From positions 31,374-95,373 of the IMG/VR virus record IMGVR_UViG_3300007276_000038: a stretch of 64,000 nt of DNA; one strand, written 5' to 3'. Shown piece after piece: positions 35,501 to 44,345 of the stretch. The notes under the pieces were generated by a model. It searched no databases, was not told where the DNA came from, and saw nothing but the letters and a program-made list of their open reading frames with translations. Both the position numbers and the translations under genes were made by a program. The stretch is from a virus. Position 1 is the stretch's first letter, and the number at the start of each line of letters is the position of its first letter.

Positions 35501-36651
35501 ACATCGCCTACTGTTACTTCTAGCGGAACAAACGATAACTCACCATCAACTGCATCAACCGGGTTAAGCACAGGATCAGGAACACGAGTAATTGAAACGT
35601 TGCCGTTGACTTCCGCAGCGGTGTAAAGATATTTTGCTGCGTCTGTATCTTCTGCTAGGAACGCAATTGTTTTATCAATAATTGGTTCGCCGTCTACTAG
35701 AATAGAGGCATTTGCACCTTGGATGTCACTTACTACATATTGCGTACTTGCAAGGTCAATTGACCCTAAATTAGATAGGCCGTAATTAAACAGTTCTAGA
35801 TCGCGATCAAACTCAATAATTGGACGATCAGCCCTAAACTCTCTGCTTGGCATTTTATCGCCAGCTTCAATAAAGTTATCCTTATGATACCAAAAGTTTA
35901 CACGACTCCATGTATTATTATTAACTGCGCCACGCTCTTGCACTACATAGTCTAGTGTGTTCTGCGTTGGATTACCATCAACGTCAACATCGTTGCTATA
36001 TACTGTGCCGAACCCGGCTGCTTTAAGCAACAATGTAATACTGTCGCCTACGCCAGATACTACGTATTCAACATTATGTTTAGCAGCAGGTATAACATAA
36101 TCACCAGAGAACGAAACAATCATTCCGTTGCGGAATGGAATACCGCCTGGCGGTGTAAAGTTATCTTTGCCGATAATATCCTGGTCTATGTCAATAGGAC
36201 TTCCAATTGTTCCTTCAACACCGATAGTACTTGGTCCTTCAGGAACCCAATAGTATTCAGCGTAGTTAATTAGCTTGTCAGGATTTATTGGAGGTAAAAA
36301 TGCGCTATAGCTTTCACTAAAGATTTTGTTTTGCTCTCTAGTGTCTACACCATAAGTCTGTAATGTGTCTATTAGTTCATCATAAAAATAAAAGTTCTGG
36401 CTACTTCCTGTTGTAGAGTTAATAGTGTTAACTGTTGGAGATAGGCCATAAAACCTCTTAGTTACGGTAGGCTCTTTAAGATACTTACTTGAAAGATTAA
36501 TGTCATCACTAGTTGGGCTGCCGATGTAACCTTGAATATTCTCTACATTAGCCTTACTAAATAATTGCTCGACAGTATTCTCGAAGAAGTTTTTAATCGC
36601 AGTAGTTTGAAGTACCGCGGGTAACTTTTTGTAAATCTTTTTATCTGACAT
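14560..36651 (-). CDS. Giant baseplate/virion protein (gp7-like position), ~7,363 codons, interrupted by one in-frame TAG at 31147-31149; track ORFs 31147-36651 and 14560-31062 are its two parts
   Basis: The ORFs are in the same frame with 28 sense codons between them (LIELGR*HESLGFVFGVYDSAIADVRNWAYAAKQFLFWTT); no SD before TTG 31062; follows gp6; YHYH-like, PA14-like and CBM-like segments. Confidence 0.75.
22264..22320 (-). repeat. (CCWGCA)n hexamer repeat encoding a (Pro-Ala)9-Pro linker
   Basis: Directly visible tandem repeat. Confidence 0.9.
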
Positions 36652-36660
36652 TTGTGTCCT

Positions 36661-39600
36661 TTATCTATCAACTCGTAAAGTTTGGTTGTCTAATCTGCTA
36701 ACTATCTCAATATCGCTTACTGTTGCTGTGCTTATAAACAGTTCGTTCGGATTTGATTTAACTTGAAACATTTCACCGAACGTGCCTGACAAGTTTTTCG
36801 GTAATATAACTATACTACCTAATGCACTACCTAGACGTTGATGTATATAAGTAGCAAGCTCAGTAAAATAAAATGTTTCACCAAACTCCCAGTTAGCTAC
36901 ATCAAAGTAATCATTAATAGTTGATATAATCCTTGTCTTTAATTCGTTATCGCTAAGGTTGTCTGACAACTTCACTACACGGAAACGTGCTTGGTATTCG
37001 TTATCAGCTTGTTCTCCGAACAATAGTTTAAACTCCGCACTTCGAAATGCTAGTGTATCACTTGCACTCTTGTATGTATTTAGTCCTGCAAACTCTGCAC
37101 TTAATTCATTGCTGGTGGGCGCTAGCGGAAACTCTGTTGTTGGTCTAGACTGCCAAATTAACACTTGATTGTAATAGCTTTCTGTTAGTAACAGCATCTC
37201 TACTACGTTGCTTACACTTGGATCAATACGCACATCACTCGGAGCAATGTGTCTCCAGCGCACTACGCCATCCTGCTGTACGGCTGCATTCGTGTTTTGT
37301 GTTTTGCCGCGGCCCATTCTTACAAAGTAATCCTGATTCTCTAGAAGCACAATACTTGTTACACTTGTGCTTAACGGTGTAAATTGATAAACTTTATCTT
37401 CGTTTTCGGCATACACTACTATACCGCTAGCTGCGATCACGTCTTCTAATATATCAAGTACACTAGTATCGTCGACTAGTATCCAGTCAATGTCTTCTAG
37501 AGGAGTAAAGTCGTCGTATGACCCAGGGGAGATTTGCTCTGCGCCTGCTTGGTATCGTATTGTTAATTCTGAACGGTAGTCTACAACAACACCTTCGATT
37601 GGTCTATCATAAATGTACCCGTCAAAGTCACTAAAGTTCTCAAAAAGTATCCTGTCTCTTAATCCAGCGTATTCCACAAATTGTCTCGGTCTATCTGGAA
37701 CTAAATCACTGTCAGAGTCTAGAGGAGAAACTACTACCTTACGCGGATCAACGTACCCGTCAGGTTCTTTAAATACGTCAACAACTTCCCACACAATGTC
37801 TTGGTCTAGTTTATCTTTGTTATTAAAATACGTAATTGCTAATTTATCTGAGCTAAATGAGCCTGACAAGTCTTTCGAATAATGATAGTCATTAACTTCT
37901 AGCTTCGTGTATTCTAGCACACCAGTTTTAGCTACTGAATCCCAGCTAACAAACTTTAATCGTCCTAGTGTACTTGTGTCAAGCGATGTTCCATCTAGCC
38001 CGTAAGAGTAAGTAGTACTGTCTACTAACGCTTTAAATATTTCTTCTTCGCCTGGCACACCATTTGTAGGTACCTGCCTATATGCAATATAAGGAGTTGC
38101 TTCTGTTTCATCAACAATACGTGTACCGAATGTTGCATCATTGAATGGTATTGATATCTTAAACGGAATACTTGATATAACACCGGTTGCATTTGCTATG
38201 ACTACATTTGCTGTAGAATTAATGCTTTCGCCAGGAACGTTAAAATATGTATTAAGTGTAACTGTTGCATCAGTGACATATCTGTTGTTAACTACGTGAT
38301 CGACTAAATCAGCACCGATTGGTGTTAAAATACCAAAGTTACTCACCCAGTCAACACTAACATCCTTCCAGGTAGTGTCTCTAGTAACTAACGGTAAATT
38401 AACCCTAACACCAGTTGGTGTATAGCTTGTACCTAGTTCTGAACTTACCCACTTATCACCGTCCCAATCAAACGTTTCAACTTGCCCAGGCTTAGTATTT
38501 ACTGTATTAAATGTAAGTAAATCTTGTGAGCTTTTGTTGTTGTTATCAACAACCTTAACATTTCTAACATCATAAAAACGTAAATCATTCTTACTTTGCA
38601 CAACATACTGTTGTCCGCGCAATGTAATGTTATAGCTATACTCGTCTAGTGTAATTTGCCCTGGCACTAATTCCATTAATACTAACCAGCTACTAGGACC
38701 TGGATTAGTAATTGAGTTTATTGAATAAGAATTACTAACGTCAGCGTCTAGCTCTGCTTGTGGTATAATATACCATTCATCATCTATTAAGCTATATCCT
38801 AGACCGAATGTTTTTCTTTCTCTGATTGTTGTTTCTACCTTTGAAAGCTCTGCTTGGTTAAACAGTTTGCGCATACTAACTATAACTTCACGCAATATCC
38901 AGCCTGCTGGTATTTCTTCGCTTAATCCCCAAGGGCCTGTGCCTGTATCAACACTCGATGCCAATAGACCGTTATTACTAACACCTGTCACACGAGCCCA
39001 TTTAAAAATAGCATCATTCTCTGGATCAACCATTTTAAGAAATACGTTTTCTTTAAGCATTCTAAATTTTCTTGAACGAGGTGCGCTTGCTACTGTTGCT
39101 GAATCTGGATTGTTAACTAACACTGATGGTTGCGGAGTTGTAACAGATTCAGTAAAGAATCCTGTTTTACCTGTGCTTCTTGCAGGTTGAGGATTCCACG
39201 TAATAGCATCAACTGAGTTAAATGTAAACGCACTTGCAGTTCCGTTCGTTGTAGGATTAGACCATACATTTCTCATGGTGTAATACACAAAGTTATTAAT
39301 AGATAATTCTTTGAACTTTGTAGTAAGCACACTGGCTGCTACTTCTAGCGGAGTAGTATTACTGTTAACTAAAATTTGTTCTGTGGTTGTTTTGTTATCC
39401 ACATATACATAAGCATCGTCTGCAAATGTATCTACGTTATTATAAGTACCTGTGGGGTCATTAATATCAATGTAACGACTATGTCCTGCATGTGTCTTAT
39501 TAGTTGCTTTTACTTTAGTAATATTACTGCTTTGGCTTTCTGGAAAGACATTGTAATCTTGGGCGCTTACCATTCTATTTTGAGTGTAGTAGACTTGCGG

Positions 39601-40860
39601 TGCGCGTTGCTTAATAGCTTCTAATGATTCGGGTGGTAAACTGTTTGACACACTAGACTGCAAGCTCAATGTGTATGCTAAATTGTAAGTTCTACCGTCT
39701 TGCCCTTCATACGGCATAGTAATAGAAATGTCTCTAGCATCAGTTGGCTGGATAGTATAACGTGCTGGATCACTAACACGATACCACATTCTATATACAC
39801 CTACAGGAACATTACCAAAGTTACCGTCTGGAAATACTAACCGTACTCCGTCAACGCCCCTATTCTCAATTCCGTATAAGTTTCTATTGTTAAGTGTCTT
39901 GCTGTTGTAATTTAATGTTTGCCCTACAGTGTTTTCTATCTTAGACCACTTGTTAATAACAATGCCGTTAGTATTAATTTCTTGCAAGTAAACATCACTT
40001 TCGTTTATGTTTTCTACTGCCACGTCTTGTTGACGTGACTCAACCGGAGTAGTATAATTAAAGTCTCGGAACTGCAATTGCCCTTGACGGAACATTGTAA
40101 AGAATCCTGTGTCTTTACTTGCTAGTCCTTGACTATCGTTACGATATATTAAGTGAAACAAGTTAGTAGGATCTGGGTGTCTTTCTAAAAAGTACCCGTC
40201 ATCAATAAAATCTGGATTAACAATATTAAAAGGTCTTGCTACGCCATTTACTGAGATATTAAAGTTGTATGCTATAGGCGACTGTAACGGCGTGTTAAGC
40301 TGATAAATTTCAGTAGGTATGCCGCCAACTGTTCCTTCTTGGAACGGTGCAGTAAAACGGTTAGTTCTACTCATAGCACTGTTTAATATTGTAATAAACT
40401 GCTCGTAACTTTGATTATTGTTTGAATCATCCCAATATATTGTTCTGTTCTGTAACGATGAACCCAAACTATCAATAATCGGCTCAGTGGTTCTAATTGC
40501 AGTTATTTTTAATAATCCGCTAGCTGCAACATTTCTCTTTGGGTTGTAGCCTAGCATTCTTGCTAGTTTATAAACACTGTCACGGCGTTCCGCTGTTTCT
40601 AAAAAGTTCTCACGGCTATTAATATCCATGCGGAAAGCAAGACTTTGTGACAAGTATGCTAGCAATTCAATGATAGCAATAAACTCCGAGCTTTCAATAT
40701 AGTCGTTAAAGTTTTCAGGGAAGTTAGTGCGTACATAGTCAACCATCGCGCCGCGCATAGTGTCAAAATCGTATGCTTGGAAATCAATTTGACTGAACGC
40801 TTTGTACGCTACTTTCCAGTCTTCGGCTGCGAATAAATTATTTTGTCTGTTTACTGACAT
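36661..40860 (-). CDS. gp6: Baseplate wedge subunit, T4 gp6-like (extended)
   Basis: 'DFQAYDFDT', 'ENFLETAERRDSVYKLARMLGYNPK', 'ESLEAIKQRAP...QNRMVSAQDY'; follows gp25. Confidence 0.85.
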   Translation of the reverse strand: MSVNRQNNLFAAEDWKVAYKAFSQIDFQAYDFDTMRGAMVDYVRTNFPENFNDYIESSEFIAIIELLAYLSQSLAFRMDINSRENFLETAERRDSVYKLARMLGYNPKRNVAASGLLKITAIRTTEPIIDSLGSSLQNRTIYWDDSNNNQSYEQFITILNSAMSRTNRFTAPFQEGTVGGIPTEIYQLNTPLQSPIAYNFNISVNGVARPFNIVNPDFIDDGYFLERHPDPTNLFHLIYRNDSQGLASKDTGFFTMFRQGQLQFRDFNYTTPVESRQQDVAVENINESDVYLQEINTNGIVINKWSKIENTVGQTLNYNSKTLNNRNLYGIENRGVDGVRLVFPDGNFGNVPVGVYRMWYRVSDPARYTIQPTDARDISITMPYEGQDGRTYNLAYTLSLQSSVSNSLPPESLEAIKQRAPQVYYTQNRMVSAQDYNVFPESQSSNITKVKATNKTHAGHSRYIDINDPTGTYNNVDTFADDAYVYVDNKTTTEQILVNSNTTPLEVAASVLTTKFKELSINNFVYYTMRNVWSNPTTNGTASAFTFNSVDAITWNPQPARSTGKTGFFTESVTTPQPSVLVNNPDSATVASAPRSRKFRMLKENVFLKMVDPENDAIFKWARVTGVSNNGLLASSVDTGTGPWGLSEEIPAGWILREVIVSMRKLFNQAELSKVETTIRERKTFGLGYSLIDDEWYIIPQAELDADVSNSYSINSITNPGPSSWLVLMELVPGQITLDEYSYNITLRGQQYVVQSKNDLRFYDVRNVKVVDNNNKSSQDLLTFNTVNTKPGQVETFDWDGDKWVSSELGTSYTPTGVRVNLPLVTRDTTWKDVSVDWVSNFGILTPIGADLVDHVVNNRYVTDATVTLNTYFNVPGESINSTANVVIANATGVISSIPFKISIPFNDATFGTRIVDETEATPYIAYRQVPTNGVPGEEEIFKALVDSTTYSYGLDGTSLDTSTLGRLKFVSWDSVAKTGVLEYTKLEVNDYHYSKDLSGSFSSDKLAITYFNNKDKLDQDIVWEVVDVFKEPDGYVDPRKVVVSPLDSDSDLVPDRPRQFVEYAGLRDRILFENFSDFDGYIYDRPIEGVVVDYRSELTIRYQAGAEQISPGSYDDFTPLEDIDWILVDDTSVLDILEDVIAASGIVVYAENEDKVYQFTPLSTSVTSIVLLENQDYFVRMGRGKTQNTNAAVQQDGVVRWRHIAPSDVRIDPSVSNVVEMLLLTESYYNQVLIWQSRPTTEFPLAPTSNELSAEFAGLNTYKSASDTLAFRSAEFKLLFGEQADNEYQARFRVVKLSDNLSDNELKTRIISTINDYFDVANWEFGETFYFTELATYIHQRLGSALGSIVILPKNLSGTFGEMFQVKSNPNELFISTATVSDIEIVSRLDNQTLRVDR

Positions 40861-41234
40861 TAATCAATACCTTCGGTAATTTTTCTTTGGTACTCTAAGT
40901 ACAGTTTGTCAGTACTTTCTAGGTACACAAATAATAAGTCTATCTCGACTCTTATAGTTTGGTCTAGCACAACCACGACAGTTTTTAACTCTCTAACTCT
41001 CGGGTCTCTATCGATGATTTTAGCAACATCATCTTTAATTAGTTGGTCAAGCTCGGCTGTACTAGGATCCATAAGTAAATCCCATATTATACTACCGAAG
41101 TTAGGACGCATAACTCGTTCGCCTAATTTAGTATAAAACTCATTGAGTAGATCGCGCTTGATAAGCTCGCTATCATTGATAGTGTATGGCGCACGATTTC
41201 GCCCAATAGTTGTAAATCCTCTAAAGTTTGGCAT
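40860..41234 (-). CDS. gp25: Baseplate wedge subunit gp25 (sheath initiator)
   Basis: 'LIKRDLLN...GERVMRPNFGS.IWDLLMDP...DPRV'. Confidence 0.9.
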   Translation of the reverse strand: MPNFRGFTTIGRNRAPYTINDSELIKRDLLNEFYTKLGERVMRPNFGSIIWDLLMDPSTAELDQLIKDDVAKIIDRDPRVRELKTVVVVLDQTIRVEIDLLFVYLESTDKLYLEYQRKITEGID

Positions 41235-41239
41235 GTTGT

Positions 41240-41247
41240 TATTTATC
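41240..41247 (-). promoter_or_regulatory. Late promoter GATAAATA
   Basis: 5 nt upstream of the gp25 ATG. Confidence 0.7.
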
Positions 41248-41288
41248 CAAAAATATTAACATAAGTTTTAATATACCATTTTAAATGG

Positions 41289-41316
41289 TTGACAATACCT
41301 AATTAGATGCTATAAT
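41289..41316 (+). promoter_or_regulatory. Sigma70-type early promoter
   Basis: TTGACA-16 nt-TATAAT with extended -10 TG. Confidence 0.8.
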
Positions 41317-41395
41317 TAATACAAGTATAGCATTTTAGCTGTATGACATGGGACGCACACCGTCCTTACATTCACCCTTGCAATAGGAGCATCTA

Positions 41396-41716
41396 ATGCG
41401 TAAAATTGCAAAGCGTTTTGATCAGATTTGGGAAAAAGCTCAACGCCGCAACGAGGAACTCGATCCTTTGTGCGCGTATAGCGATTATGCCGGTGGTCGT
41501 TTCCAGAAAATTTGGGACGTCAACGAGCAGACCCAGCCTAAGCATCAAAAGCCAGGTAAGCAACCTGCTAGACGTTATGTTACTATGGGAATTTATGACA
41601 CTTACACTCATAAGTATACCGTGTTTAACACGATTAATCTAGTTGGTAACTTCCGTTACAACCCGCAGCATATTCCTGCAGAATTAAACGAAATGGATCG
41701 TTTAGTTTCACAATAG
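41396..41716 (+). CDS. Hypothetical protein, antisense insertion in the baseplate cluster
   Basis: Own sigma70 promoter, AGGAG SD and downstream terminator. Confidence 0.8.
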   Translation: MRKIAKRFDQIWEKAQRRNEELDPLCAYSDYAGGRFQKIWDVNEQTQPKHQKPGKQPARRYVTMGIYDTYTHKYTVFNTINLVGNFRYNPQHIPAELNEMDRLVSQ

Positions 41717-41738
41717 TTGTAGCTGATGTTTCGATACT

Positions 41739-41767
41739 AAAGCAGTATAAATTTATACTGCTTTTTT
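41739..41767. terminator. Bidirectional terminator / perfect 26-bp palindrome
   Basis: AAAGCAGTATAAA-TTTATACTGCTTT plus T run, between convergent genes. Confidence 0.75.
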
Positions 41768-44345
41768 ATGAGTATAATTCCTGGCGTCTATCATCAAGCA
41801 ATTGACTAAGCTGCCTGAACGACAATTCTCCACTACTTGCGCCGCTTGATACATTTATGTCTACGCTGTCCGGGGTCTGGAAAATACTACCTTCCCAAGC
41901 AGCTCGGTCTGCTAAACTTTGCTGGAATACTGGTTCACTGCCTGGTGATGTACTTGCTATCGACCAACCCGACATCAACCTAGGCACTTCTGAATATTTA
42001 GATTGATTAATTGCATCAAGTACATTGCTTCCTGCAAAAGCATCTGTACCTATGTTTTTAGCAAAACTAGCTACCGCAATGGTCTGGTTTTCAGATAACG
42101 GTGCCGATATTAAACCCGATACTTCGTTGAATGCTTGATTAGTGTCAGCAACCACGCCCAGCGTAGAACCGATTGGTCCTATTCCAGTTGAAAAGTCGAC
42201 TAGCATATTTCCTGCTTTGTCCTGGAATATAGTTCCTGGACCATCTTTTATTATACTAATATCTTTACTAGCTAGCAAAGCTGCTACCTGATCTTCTCCT
42301 GTTGCACTCGATAATGCTGTTGATATTTCTTGGCGCATGTTGCCTACTGCTGCACTATTAAGATCAGTAATTTGTCCTTGCGCTGTGATAGCAAACTGTT
42401 GTAATTGTAAACTTTGTTCTGATAGTTCTTTCCCTAGACCTATAATTTTTTGACTATTTGCGTTTGTTGTTGGGTAGCGAACAACAGGGATAGCTGATCT
42501 TAACCCAGACACATACCCGTTTAAGTTGCCGATGGAAAGGAGTTCTTGATTTGTTGCTGCCTTAAATTGACTTAGTTCCCCATTCACAGGACTGTAAACT
42601 GGAGTCACATCCAAGATCTCATCTAGGTACGCGCCTAGTTGTCCAGCAGCATTACCCGCATCTAATATATTACCAGTGGCATCAGTGTACCCTAGGCCTG
42701 CTTGGAATCCTTGTGGTGTAACAACATCATTGGGGACTCCGCTAAAGTTGTTTGCTCCAGGCGGTAATGAATCAATTAAGTTCTGATCTACGAATGGTAC
42801 CTTACCAAAATCTGATACAGGATCAAATTGGCCGTGTCCTGCATATGGTTCAGCGGTGGGCATAACTGATACTATTGTTTCTATCCGTGGGACAGTACCC
42901 GTTCTGATACCATTAGACGTTGCGCCGGTACTTCCTGACAACGCACTTTCTCGATCGTATGAAGCTGGGTCGATTGCAGCATCATTAATATTGTTAGTTC
43001 CTATTTGTGGTGCTGTTACTGCTGGTGTAGCTGTACCAGCTGCTGCTCCACCACTGTTTAATAAAATTTGTGGTGATTGTACTACAGTAGGTGAAGCTGC
43101 CGTTATACTAACCCCTGCGCCTGCTAGCATACTAGTGGAAGTGGTGCTTTGCAATTTGATACTGCCCGTTGATGCATTAAATTCTAGGCCTTGCGGACTG
43201 CTTGCTGTAATAGCTGCCCTTCCGCCAGCATTCAAATCAATGTCGCCTCCCGAAGAGGTAATTTGTGTATTTAAATTTGAAAATATTGTAGTATCTCCTA
43301 CTGCTTCAAATCTAATGTTGCCTCCGGTACCTAGTGGTTGCTGCCCAAGTGCCCCTATGCCTGGAATTCCTACGTTTCTTCCTGCAATATTATCACCCGC
43401 TGCTTTTATGTTTACATTTTGACCTGCTTCTATGTTTACATTTTTATCGGCGCGTAAGTTAAAGTTATTCTTTGCTCTTAAGTTAATGCTGCCTTCACTA
43501 AAGATAGTAACATCGCCGTTGGTGCCTAGCTCAAACCAAGCTGTTCCTTTTTTATTAATCATATAGATGACACCAGTAGTATCATCTAACAGTAGTTGAT
43601 TGCCTTGCGCTGTACGCAAACGTATCATTCTACTATCATAGTTGTCATCCATAACAAACTGGTGTCCACCAGTTCTATGACTAAAATTATCGCCAGGACT
43701 TTTATTTAAATCGTTGCCTCGTGGACCAGGTGTTAAGATTCCGAATACTTGACTAGGTGATTCTCGTCGAGCACCGCTTGAACCTGCCCCGCGTATAGGA
43801 TCGTTTATTAATCCTTGCTTGACTATAGCTTCAGCTAAGTCTACATGCACCGGACGTCTTGCATCATTATTAGTTTTTTGTGCATCATATGCGTTCTTTT
43901 CAGCAACAGGCATTGCTAAACTAGGATCACTATAGTTTGAACCTGCTGGCATTCCTGGCACCATGTGATTTAGTTTGTCGGGGAACAAACAAGCAACAAC
44001 GTATCCATACTTGCCTATGCTATCACCAAATGCTACTAATACCTGGTTGTTAATATCAGGCGGTACCATCCACATGCCGTAACTTTTTTGTGTGCTTTCG
44101 TATTGTTCTACATTGTCATCAATTTGTGTTGGATCAGTGCTACCTGCAAATGGGCTAGTCCAATAACATTCTCTGTATGCTTGCGGATCATCCACTTTGC
44201 CTAGTATGGGAATAAAAACTTTTAGTCGCCCTGTTCTACTATCATCGTAAGAGTCTTTAACTACCCCTTTGAATATTCCATTTAATGGTTTTAGGTCAAT
44301 GGTATTAGACGTTGGTGTTTTTTTATTATTATTCTTTTCTCTCAT
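41766..44345 (-). CDS. gp5: Baseplate central spike (gp5/VgrG-like) with C-terminal degenerate GH24 lysozyme-like domain
   Basis: OB-fold 'DDSRTGRLKVFIP', 'GMWMVPPD.NNQVLVAF', 'GHQFVMDD', beta-helix repeats, 'PTAEPY.GH'; C-terminal 'LSENQTIAVASFAKNIG..AFAGSNVL'. Confidence 0.8.
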   Translation of the reverse strand: MREKNNNKKTPTSNTIDLKPLNGIFKGVVKDSYDDSRTGRLKVFIPILGKVDDPQAYRECYWTSPFAGSTDPTQIDDNVEQYESTQKSYGMWMVPPDINNQVLVAFGDSIGKYGYVVACLFPDKLNHMVPGMPAGSNYSDPSLAMPVAEKNAYDAQKTNNDARRPVHVDLAEAIVKQGLINDPIRGAGSSGARRESPSQVFGILTPGPRGNDLNKSPGDNFSHRTGGHQFVMDDNYDSRMIRLRTAQGNQLLLDDTTGVIYMINKKGTAWFELGTNGDVTIFSEGSINLRAKNNFNLRADKNVNIEAGQNVNIKAAGDNIAGRNVGIPGIGALGQQPLGTGGNIRFEAVGDTTIFSNLNTQITSSGGDIDLNAGGRAAITASSPQGLEFNASTGSIKLQSTTSTSMLAGAGVSITAASPTVVQSPQILLNSGGAAAGTATPAVTAPQIGTNNINDAAIDPASYDRESALSGSTGATSNGIRTGTVPRIETIVSVMPTAEPYAGHGQFDPVSDFGKVPFVDQNLIDSLPPGANNFSGVPNDVVTPQGFQAGLGYTDATGNILDAGNAAGQLGAYLDEILDVTPVYSPVNGELSQFKAATNQELLSIGNLNGYVSGLRSAIPVVRYPTTNANSQKIIGLGKELSEQSLQLQQFAITAQGQITDLNSAAVGNMRQEISTALSSATGEDQVAALLASKDISIIKDGPGTIFQDKAGNMLVDFSTGIGPIGSTLGVVADTNQAFNEVSGLISAPLSENQTIAVASFAKNIGTDAFAGSNVLDAINQSKYSEVPRLMSGWSIASTSPGSEPVFQQSLADRAAWEGSIFQTPDSVDINVSSGASSGELSFRQLSQLLDDRRQELYS

